Positions 53,580 through 64,000 of a stretch of 64,000 nt of DNA are shown piece by piece. Origin of the DNA: Pocillopora damicornis (Eukaryota); NCBI RefSeq assembly GCF_003704095.1, contig NW_020847516.1, forward strand, positions 124,001 to 188,000, written 5' to 3'. The position numbers were made by a program, and so were the translations under genes. Each line of letters opens with the position of its first letter. The stretch's first letter is position 1. A model generated the notes under the pieces. It saw only the letters and a program-made list of their open reading frames with translations, did no database searches and was not told the DNA's origin.

Positions 53580-56500
53580 ATGGCGGACGGAATGATACAG
53601 GTTTCTCAAACCTTACAAACATTTTTGCCAGAAAACGCATTCATGGAAGTCATAACACTGCTGAAGAAGGTAGATATCGCAATTTTGATTTTAGTATAAT
53701 CACTAGGTAATTACTCCCTTAATTCTGAATCTTAAATTATTATTTGAAAACAACGCACCAGACAAAGAGCCATTCCGTGGATAAAAAACGGATTTATCAT
53801 CAAGGTTTTGTTTATTTATTGATATTTATCAGGGCGACTAGTTATGCAAGGATTGAAACCAGTCAAAATTCACCTTGTTTGCAGGTTAATTTGAAGGTAC
53901 TTGTGGAAAGAAGGTACAGTGACTGGTTGAATGGTCAGGGATATTCGAAGTCGTGTGAAAATCTGGATGAAAAATCTCAAGACAGAGAGAAAATTGCTGC
54001 AGTTATCGAGAATTTGGTTCAGTGCGCAGAGCCATTTATCGAAGATGAGGGGGGTGAGTTTTTCACAACTACAAAAAATAGCTGTTTATCTCAAAAACAG
54101 TAATCAATAGCCTGATTGTCTGATTGAAGAATTAGGTTTGGGACGGCACCATCTTTTAAATGAAATTCCACAGTCAGATGTCTAAGTACATAATTTGTTA
54201 ACAACGTTATTCTAATTGATGCCTGTATCCCCAATTTTTTTTGGTCTGTTTGCTTTTTAGTTTGTTTCTAGGGTATCACCCCAGTAACAAAGTTCTAGTT
54301 TGTTACTCAGGTGAACTTTAAATAAATTAGTTTGTTATTTGATGGTCAAAATGGTTTGAACAATCACCAAATTGACAGAACAACACATGTCTGACCCTGA
54401 ATTCTTTCATTAAGGCTGGGATAAAGAAGAGATGTTGAAGCATGAGACCCAAGCCTCTGCTGTTTTGAAGATTTGCCAGTTACTGTTATCTTCACTGTTG
54501 AACAGGGATAATCAACTGCTAGCAGAGAAAGAGTTCCCAGTGGATGCAGTGAGTTGTTAAATTTTATTAGAACTGAGTCAATAACATTTATTTTTTTTAG
54601 CACTTACATACATATGGTAGCTGAAAATTAATTTAATAAACAATAGACTTTAACAGATGTTCCTCAAAAGGTTTTTCAAAATTTATGTTAATAAAGATAG
54701 AAACTAATGATAATACTAATAAAGATAAAATATAGTAATTATTTACAGCTAAACAAGCTCTGAAGGTTCATGCTAATATACTGTGTGGAGATACTCCCTC
54801 ATAGCAATCTTAAAGGATTTCAAGGAGGTACGGTTCTTAACATCATTAACCAAAGTGTTCCATATGCTTATTTGTACCTTAAAATTGCAGGTGTTTAAGA
54901 AGTTTATTTTAAAAAAGACCTGCAGTTGCTTGGTGGCTTTATGTGCTGTACACATGGAGTCACATCTTTGGACAAGCACAGCATCAATGGCCCTTGCTCA
55001 TGGTATGAGCACTAATATTATGTATTAAGAACATCCAGTTTCCTGGATTTTTGCATGCTCATTTTATATGATTATCTTCATTCTACAAAACTTCTACCAC
55101 TGAAATTTATAAAGTATAATGCAAATACTGTACATTTTGTTTGGAAACTTTGTTTTTATGTAAGCATTTGAGTTACCATTTCATGACTTTCTTTGGATAG
55201 TTGATGATCACAGGTCTGCTTATTTTGTCATTATCAACTGAAAAATGTCTTACTTTGTTCTTTTTTTTAAAATTGTACCAACTTTTGAAGCTTGAAAGGT
55301 TTACTCAGAATGTTTCAATGAGAGATTGTAAATGGCCAATGTGTTGCAGAGCTGGTTTCCTTGATATGTACCAATTGCCAGTGTCCATCAGTACAAGAGC
55401 TTCTCTGTGGCTGTGTTGAGGTTGAGTCTGTTGTGTTCAACATGGTAGAGGAGAGTCAGTCACCAAACAGTTTGTTCCCTTCAGGGCTGTTCAGACATAT
55501 CCTTGATTATTTGAGACCTCACCTCCTTAAAAATAACTGGAAGAAATTTCCGCTTGCTTGCCATGGGCTTGTGTGGTGCACTCTGCAAATTAAGGTGAAC
55601 TGCCTATGGAATTATAGGATACTTAGTAGAGCAATACCTCTTTTTCAATAAACATCTGTCTACATGTTGTTGATTTCAATTTACTGAATAGGAGGACTTG
55701 AAATTATTTTGACTATCAGGTAGTCAAAATAATTTCAAGTATCCTATTGATTATTGTTTAGATACTCTTTGTTTGTAACTCAAGTAAATTGTCACAATAA
55801 AGTAACTAACAGTTACCAGACAAGGGTAATATCCTAGAAACAAACTGAAAAGCAAACTGACCAAAAAAAATCAAGGATACAGGTATTAATTATAATAATG
55901 TTGTCAACAAATTATGTACTAAGACACCTGACTGTGGCATTTCATTTAAAAGATGGTGCCGTCCCAGTATATCAGCTCATGGGTTATTTTAAGTCCAAGC
56001 CTTTGCCAGCACAACAATTGAGTCTGTGGATTATTTGTCTTTCCTATTGATATGAACAACATTTCTATTCCGATTGATATAAACAACATTTCTATTCCGA
56101 TTGATATGAACAACATTCTAAGAATGATTTGGGGACTTTTGAAAATTTAAGGGATAGAACCAAATTTTTTTTAAGGTACATGTAAATAATTAAGGTTGAG
56201 AGAAGTAAGTAAACAACTCTGACTAGAATAAAACTAATGGAAGGTATGAAATTTAAATAAAGTTTTGGCTAAAATGCAGTGGATTTAAACCTTCCAACTC
56301 TGATGATTCAGAAGCAAATTCTTACAACTGATTACCATAATTTCAATGCTGGTTATTGGTGAGGATTTGGGGCTTTATCTAAACAATTCTTAGGTTTGGA
56401 TCTCCTATTTGATTTTAGTGTATAAAAAGAATAGAGAGAACTTTTACAATAATCACTCTTGAGAATCACACAGGTGAGGCTAAGCATCAGACATTTTCCT

Positions 56501-59500
56501 TCTAACCTTTTCACTCTTCATTGTCTGTAGCATCCTTATGTGGGGGAACACTTTGCCAAGCTGATGTCTCCTCTATTACTTCTCATAGATGATTATGAGG
56601 TATAGGTTTTTTCATTGGTGAAATTCTCTAGCATTTGATGAAACTAGATTTTAATGAAGTATTTTAGGATTTTGTCTTTTTTCAATTGTTTACTCGTGAT
56701 CTTCATTTTGGAATTAGATTACTATAGTGTCCATGGTGGACAGTTTAATGCATGTTGGAAGTTGTGGATCTTTGTCAATTGGCATGAATGCCAGAGGTTA
56801 TGAAATATTCACCACAGTCAGGTTTAAAATTTACTAATGGAATGTACATATAACTACTTGTTTATTCTTCCACTATCAAACAGACTGAGAACAAAACACT
56901 GGGGTTTAAGTGCTTAAAACACGTCATTGATAATGTGGTATGTGGAGCTGATTGTTTTCACTTTATAACTGTTATCTAATGATACCTTGTATCTACAAAT
57001 ATTGTGTATATGTATCAGTTTCTCCGTCAAAGGCTACAGATAGTTAAATTCTATTATACTCTGAATATTTCTTATTCTTTTCAATTTCAGAATTCAGCTG
57101 AATTGCAGTGGTATGGAAGAGCTGATGTTCTTTTTGAGGTAATTCCTAAAACTCCTAAATCCAGCACATTGAACTTAGATCTTTTGGTTTTGGTGGAAAT
57201 GGTATGAGTACTCAGTTCTTAGTTTTTACAGAGTCTTGAGGACAATATTTATAAAAATCACATCAGCAGCTAGTCAATAGTAGAGCATCCCCACAACTTT
57301 TTTCATGTTTGTTTAGGCAATAAACTTGCATGGTAAAGGGAATCAACACTATTTAGTAACATGATATTTATGGCATGAATTACCTGTAGGCATCCCAGCG
57401 TCACATATATAGCAATGACCCCTCCCTGATGCGTTCTCTTCATCCGTGCCTGCTAAGCATCCTGACAGTTGTTGAACCATCTCCAAAGAAAGCCAAGTTT
57501 GGCCGTAAGGTGATGTTCACATTTTCTTTACTTCTTTTATTTGCTTCTTTTATCATCATGATATCATACGATTGTCTGGCAGGGAAGGGTATGTAGGGTT
57601 GAAAAGGGTCATTGTTGGTGTGTGGTTGATTGACTTACACCCCTTTACTGAGTCTTACAACCAATAACATCATGAGTGAAGACTGACCAATCAGTTTTCA
57701 TATACCAGCCTTACAAAACTTGACAGACAAATAACTCCTTAATATGTGAGTGTGATGATAACTTCCATTTGGGTTATAAAAGACATCAGTCAAATTAAAA
57801 AAATAGTCCTTGTCTGGAAAACTCTCATTCTGCTGGTCACAAGCACAGTAAAGTTTTACTTTTAGGTTGAAACCAATTACACTTTCCTGTTGACATTGTT
57901 TATCAAGAGGATGGGAATTTGTTTTGACATCCATCTGTGAACAGGAGCATGTCGTCTTTTCTGATGGCTTTCATGGCTTAGAGGTTTTTTCTTTCTTTTT
58001 TTCTTTCTTTCTTTCCTTTCTCAAGAATTCAATAATTAAAAGAAAATCTAAGTAAAAGATCCAGGCAGTAGACCTATGTAGGTGGCAGGATTGCGTACCC
58101 TGAACAAAAGGGACATAAACCAAAGTGCTAAGAGGATCTCTTTTGAGGAGTGGTGTCAGATAAACAGGCTGATCTTATTTTGGTGTGTATTGTTTGATTC
58201 CCTGACCTCTAATTTTTTTTTTTTTGCAGACAACCAAATGTGATGGTTTGTTTCAGATTATCCTCTCCTCCATGGAGTTTGAAAGTAAAATTGCTGTAAG
58301 AAAGGTCAGTTTTTGGAATAGGCATTGGAGGAATCTCCTAGTTGCAATACATCTGCTTTTAAAATTTTCTATCTAAGAAATGTGGGTGGCAGAAGAATTC
58401 CAGTGTAACCCAAAAATTACCATAAATATGGTTAGCTCTTCTAGTGCTCTATTACTATGGATGTCCACACATGATTCACTCTCAGATAATTAGATATACA
58501 TTTTTTTAACTGTATATGGACTGTATTGTACATGTACCTCAACTGATCACAGCTTTTAACTATCTATGGCCTTGAGTTTAATCTGAAAGACATAGTTGTT
58601 TCTACAGAAACAATTCAAGCATCTTATGGGTGACCAGTTTTGCAGATTGCTCCAAAAGCAATCCAGGAAAGAACTTCAATCTGTTATTTCTCCTTTCATC
58701 AGATTTTGTTAATGAGCTGGTGTGCTTGCCTGATCATCCATTTTTGGGAACAACTTGAATATTAAATTGTGGCGGTAATGCCACAGTAAAAAAAAAGTTG
58801 AAACTGCGTTTACTTAATAATAATTATTTGATTTGTTTCCAGGCGTATGCAAGTCACCTGAAGCATTTTATTGAACACATGGGAATAACAATACTAAGGC
58901 ACTTTAAGGTAACATATTTGGGACAATCCTATCCTCAAGTTCCTAACTTGCTTATGTGTATTTAATATAAATGTAATATCTGAAGTATGTCTATAGTAAG
59001 ATAGGTATTTGTCTAGATAATAACGGGAGTTTGTTGCCGTTTTCAGGCAAATTTCAGTGTGACATTTGACATTTGAAACATTTGGTATTAGTGACTAAGT
59101 TAGTGGATACAAACTACGTCTGAAACTGCTCTTGGCACGTGGTGAAAAATGTGTCTCTATGTACGTCCGCACGTTAGTCTATCTGTCTTTTCTATCTGTC
59201 TATCTACCGCTGATTAGGTCTCAATACATGAAGTTCCAGTATGACAGTTTACAGTCACCCATTTATTCAGTTGATCTCAGTTTTGTTGACTCTTTCTACG
59301 CTGAGTTGAGTCACCTTGTTCGCTACATAACATGACTTGGCAATATTCAAAGAGGTGATTTAAATTTTTTTCAGCGGCTTTTAAAAGTTATAGTCTCATA
59401 TTTGGAAGTTAGTGATTATCCAGAGGAAGGGACACGGTTGGCTGTTTTGGATGCATTGAAAGTCGCAATGTTACAAGCCTGGCCCAGGTGAGAGAAGGTG

Positions 59501-60509
59501 CCTGCTCCTGATTCCACTGCTACATGTGCCAGGGCGGAGATATTCGAGTCACAATTGGCTCCACTCACTTCGTAACATCATGAACGTTCTGTATTCATGA
59601 AACTCAATGTACGACCAGCGTTAATAGGTTTTTGAATCAATCGGCACAGGGGTTTGTCAGAAAACTATCATCTCCAAGGAAGTTAATTTTTGTGTTCAAC
59701 GCTCCGCGATGCAAACGCTTAGTATCGCGGGCGTTTGTAGATGTTTTGCTTAGGGTCACTGGTCATGCGTAGCATGCTCTTTCTTACTCCTTTTCATGCT
59801 TTCTATATTTTTAGGATTCCTAATCACAGTTCTACAATCCTGAAGAGTCTTTTGAAGCTGTTGGTTGATGCAACTGACTCTTCTGCTTACATAGCAGTTC
59901 AGGGTAACCGTTTGTTTTCTTGATAGATTTTGTCAATACTTAACCTTTAAGTAAGAATGGGTGTCAAAAAAAGTACATGGAGACACGTTTGTTTCTTTAA
60001 GCGCTTCCCTTTTCGTAGGAAGGAACACAACCAGAGGTTTCAGCAGGAATGGAGTAATTTACTTGTATGGTTGGGAAGAGTGTTGTTCAGATCTTGTGGA
60101 ACCTTCTTAACTACGTGGGTTTTTTTTTCGAATAAAGCGTAATATTTGCGTTTAATATCTTTTATTTCAGCTTTTGAGCTGCTGAACCAGAAAACAGCTG
60201 AGTGCTTGGTGGTACTTTTGAGGTGTTGTGGAAAACAGGTCGAGGTATGTCTGTGTGAACAAAAAGCTGTTCGAGATTATTCACATATTAAGATTTGTTC
60301 CTGTCGACATCGTTACTTAATAATTATTTGTTGTGTCTTCATACCAAAGTGAGAGCAGGATGGTTGATTTTCTTTAGGAACAATTGAAAGAGCTGCAAGG
60401 CGTGGGACACAAAGAAGTTGAAGAATGTGTGGAGAAAGTCCTCCAAGAAACCGGATGTGCAACAAACACGTCAGTACAATCAGCTCATCAGATGTACAAT
60501 GTCACGTGA
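53580..60509 (+). CDS. TTI2: TELO2-interacting protein 2 (TTT complex), ~15 exons
   Basis: LRPHLLKNNWKKFP...WCTLQIKHPYVGEHF...LLLIDDYETENKTLGFKCLKHVIDNVNSAELQWYGRADVLF, EHMGITILRHFKRLLKVI, AWPRIPNH resemble recalled TTI2/C8orf41 blocks; stop at 60507-60509. Confidence 0.9.
54138..54395 (+). repeat. Left arm of a long intronic inverted repeat
   Basis: TGGGACGGCACCATCTTTTAAATGAAAT... is the reverse complement of ~55810-55966, with weaker similarity to ~55655. Confidence 0.85.
55655..55966 (-). repeat. Right arm of the long intronic inverted repeat, containing a hairpin at ~55688-55748
   Basis: ...ATTTCATTTAAAAGATGGTGCCGTCCCA; internal palindrome ACTTGAAATTATTTTGACTA-TCAGG-TAGTCAAAATAATTTCAAGT. 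Confidence 0.85.
56047..56117. repeat. 26-bp tandem repeat x~2.7
   Basis: ATTGATAT(G/A)AACAACATTTCTATTCCG repeated. Confidence 0.9.
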
Positions 60510-61193
60510 CAACAATTTGTATGAGGAACATCAGAGGAGATGTAAGGATACCACAAGCATAATGCTTTATTGTCCCGGGTGATGAGCTGTCGTGCATCCA
60601 ATATCGAACGTCAAAACACAAAACTGTGCCGTTGGTTCTTTGTCAGATATGTAAAGAACTATTTACGACCTCTCCGGTTTGTAGAAAGAGCATCGTTTGA
60701 GAATAAGACAATTTGTCTATGGGAATTGTTTACCAGACGGTGAACCTTGAAGGATAACAAATTACTTGATGTAAGATTTTGTTCAGCAAGGAGTCAGCTG
60801 TTGTGGCTAACACAGACGAAACACATCAATCATATTCACGTCTGAAATGTCATCGAATTGTTCAGTTAATATTAGTTTAATGAAAAGCAAGGTGTCTGTA
60901 GATATTGTAGATAACAAAGGTATTAATCACCGACCCACAGAAACTTATTACATGTATTACCGATGAAAATATTCCCAAACACTGGCTTGAAATCACTTTT
61001 GGGATATTTCAACCTTGCCATACCTTGTGACAAGATGGACTTGTTTGTGTGTCAACGCAAAACTGTCACGTAAAGGAAAGGGGAACGTTTGATCCAAGTT
61101 TATGTAGCAGTTCAGCTTTTCAGGTTTGTATGCACGTGCTCACAAACTGTTTCCTTTTTTTAGAAATGTCAAATTTGCGGTGAAGTAACGCTC

Positions 61194-61292
61194 TGAATAT
61201 CTTACAGTGAATATCCTACAGTGAATATCTTACAGTGAATATCTTACAGTGAATATCTTACAGTGAATATCTTACAGTGAATATCTTACAGT
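61194..61292. repeat. 14-bp minisatellite x7
   Basis: (GTGAATATCTTACA)n with one variant unit. Confidence 0.95.
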
Positions 61293-62007
61293 ACTACAGT
61301 AGAAGTGGCACCGAGTCAAAAACTTACTGAAATGTAAGGGACGTCCAAATCTTTAGGCGCTCTGAGATAAACATCTCTCCTTATGAACGGGAAAAGAAAT
61401 AATTGCAGTGCCCTATTGAAAATTCTCATGAGACTACCGTAAAAGCCCGTAAGATAATAATATCACTGAATGAAAAAAAAGTGGAGTGTTTCGTCACAAT
61501 GCAAACCAAATGTGATCACCTCATAAATATTTTGATATTAGAGTTTAAGTACGCTAATAGTATCAGTACCATAAATCGTTAATATGTAGGAGAAAACCAA
61601 GATTCCAATGCAAGAAAGGATGAGAAGTCATCATTCGCTCTGTTGTCAGTACATGTAGTTATGTAGTTAAGGTTTAGTCGACAGATTTCAATAAAGTAAC
61701 ATTGGTGCAATATTACAAGATCAGATTGTCATTTGATTAAACTTTGTCAGAATTTTCTTGCTTTCAGCAGAATGTATATTAATTTTAAAATACAATTGGC
61801 ATACTTTTTGTCTTCGTCATGATGAGAAGGCCGGGGAGAGGGGTGATGTTTTTAGTGGGATTTGACAGGACTATGAATGAGGTTTGTGGGCGCCATTTCC
61901 TTCATTAAACAACAAACCATCCATGAAATACTTCATTTGTATCCAGATTTATTTATCTATTGCTCTACTTAAAACCTTGTTTCAATGTCATCAAAGTAAA
62001 GATTTAA

Positions 62008-63800
62008 TCAATACGAAGCCATTGTGTCATAGACCCAATCTAATAGGTATCTTATATTGGCGTACACACCAAAGTACCCTGGCTGTGCGCATTTGTGCCC
62101 CCAGCTTGTGGCACCCTCCAAGTGCCATTTACCGCCATATTTGCATACCAGTGGACCTCCACTGTCACCTTGGCACGTGTCTATCCCACCTTCATCATGA
62201 CCTGCGCACAGCATGGAGTCGTGGATCTGCCTTGGATAACTTTTGACACAGCGCTCTTTGGAAACTAGTGGTACTTCAGCTTGCATGAGTTGACTGGCAC
62301 TAGGTCCTCCAGAAGACAGGGAACCCCAGCCTGTGGTTGATAAAAGTTAAATAGCATGTAACTGAAAGAATACATGAAAAACAGCATTTCCCTTACTAAA
62401 ATGATAAAGATTGCGCACTAAAATGGAATTGTTCCAAAGTTTCCGACAGGTGTTGCTGTGAATAAAAATTCCCACAAATTTGACCCCAAAATGTTTATAG
62501 TGAAATACCTGTGATCCAGCATGTCTTGCTACCGTCATCAATTGGTAGATCAACTGATGCGTCTGGTAGACAAGCGAGTCTCACAGCCCTGTTGATCTCC
62601 GCCGGTCTGCTAAGCTTCACCAACGCGATATCATGACTCATACCGAATGGTTTCTTGTACAAGCGATGCATTATAATCCTTTCAATCTCAATTTCTTGAG
62701 CTGTTGCATCATTTCCCTTTTTGTTATGAGCTCCCATTCTGTTAGGTTAAACAATTGGGAACTTGGTTTATTTCTTGGCGTGTGAATAAATAAAGTTAAA
62801 CACTAGGAGGAACGGAAATCTTCATTCTCTTTTTATGTTGAGAATAGAGATACTGTATCAGGTCCTTGACCAGATCTAGCCTAAGCAGCCTGAGCCTATA
62901 ATGAGCTTTAATGTTCAGCTTTAGATCACAAAACAAATTGAAAGAATCAGTCTATCGTAATCTCTCAGACTTCTTGTTCCAAATTACAGGGCCATCTATC
63001 TTGGATAATGACTGAGAAGATTCAGATTACCTGATCCTGAGATCCACAGCTCTCTTCCTTTTTACACAGTGTGCGGCGGTAAGAACCCATTGTGGAGCTA
63101 TCAAGGTTCCTCCACAAAAACTTGCTCCTTTGTTATATGATGGACGATATTTGAGCATTGCTTGCCATGGCCAGTCGCCCGCACGGGCCTGGGTACCACC
63201 AACAATTCGTGACTCTGGTTTCATGCCGCATGAACCTGAACGTCGAAAGATTATTTTAAGATCAGTATTCAGGGGAGGAGAAATGAATATTTGTGAACCA
63301 TCTCAAAGATAATCCCTCAACTTCTCGGTGATTATTCAAGAAGAGGCACTAAGTCTAAACAGACTGTAATTATTAGTCAGGTGATTGTCAGAGAACCTAT
63401 CAGGAATCGACTTACGTCCGCTGCGGTTGTCTTTAACAAACGCTGCTTTGTAACAATCTTAGCCATGGCCGGGTTAACGTAAGACTTGACATAATCGACC
63501 AATCAGGTCGCATATATCTCCGTAATCACCTTTGTGTAAGGACCTGTAAGTATACTAATACGCAATAACGTTCTCCAATTAATTTCCCTAAAACGATTTT
63601 TGATCATATAATTCACGCCATCGATTACTATAGTTACTGGTAATTCTGTCAATATTCAGTTTTTCAAGCAAGACAAGCACAGATAAGCTTCTCAGAGAGG
63701 CCTTGATATGAACTCCACTCACCTGGGGAAGGGGGAGGTGCGGGTGGTCTTGATGGCTTTGGAGGCTCAAGTGGCCTTTGTGTCACAGGAGGCCTGGGAC
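62008..63800 (-). CDS. Trypsin-like S1A serine protease, 3' part (exons ~63724-63800, 63031-63235, 62509-62737, 62008-62330); 5' end beyond the window
   Basis: Pro-rich linker, [12 protein letters not shown] activation site, [27 protein letters not shown] (Asp at S1), GVYA. Confidence 0.95.
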
Positions 63801-63894
63801 CTAACGATCAGAGAAAAAAGATCAGTAAAAGGCATGTTTAATCAAACAGTGTTTAAGATTACAGAAACGCTGATAGACATACAACAGAATCGCG

Positions 63895-63980
63895 GAAGAT
63901 GCTACTTTGAGTCCTATTCAAGGAATGGACCTGCCAACTTTCGGATCTCTCGCTCTAGTGCTCTACCTCTGAGCTACATA
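63895..63980 (-). mobile_element. tRNA-derived SINE-like fragment
   Basis: Minus strand TGTAGCTCAGAGGTAGAGCACTAGAGCGAGAGATCCGAAAG..GGTCCATTCC has an A-box and a degenerate B-box but no intact cloverleaf. Confidence 0.5.
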
Positions 63981-64000
63981 AATGCAAGGGGTGTGATGTT

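Noticed and set aside
61194-61292. CRISPR-like array
   Set aside because: No spacers, eukaryotic context; it is a simple tandem repeat.
63895-63980. tRNA gene
   Set aside because: Degenerate B-box and no acceptor stem; more consistent with a SINE relic.

Overview
AT-rich, intron-rich animal genomic DNA. The repeat families and gene style suggest a stony coral (Scleractinia); this is inferred, not confirmed by a search. The window is a dense block of conserved spliced genes: LSM7(+), SPPL2(-), CEP15/C3orf14(+), CPEB1(+), CHTOP(-), a disrupted class I SAM methyltransferase(+), LMAN1(-), ROPN1L(-), TTC23(+), MICOS13(-), TTI2(+) and the 3' part of a trypsin-like serine protease(-). Four pairs are head-to-head. 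Non-genic content includes a LINE 3' fragment, Penelope-type minimal hammerhead ribozyme relics, TTAA-flanked piggyBac-like MITEs, SINE fragments, hairpins, minisatellites and three N gaps. The most notable observations are: an RFX X-box embedded in an in-frame, stop-interrupted 5' ORF between two ciliary genes; a long intronic inverted repeat bracketing TTI2 exons; a palindromic double hammerhead relic upstream of CPEB1; LSM7-SPPL2 microsynteny; and a microbial-type methyltransferase disrupted at two expected Trp codons. I cannot support a wholly novel system from the sequence alone. Exon coordinates were read by eye and may be off by a few bases.
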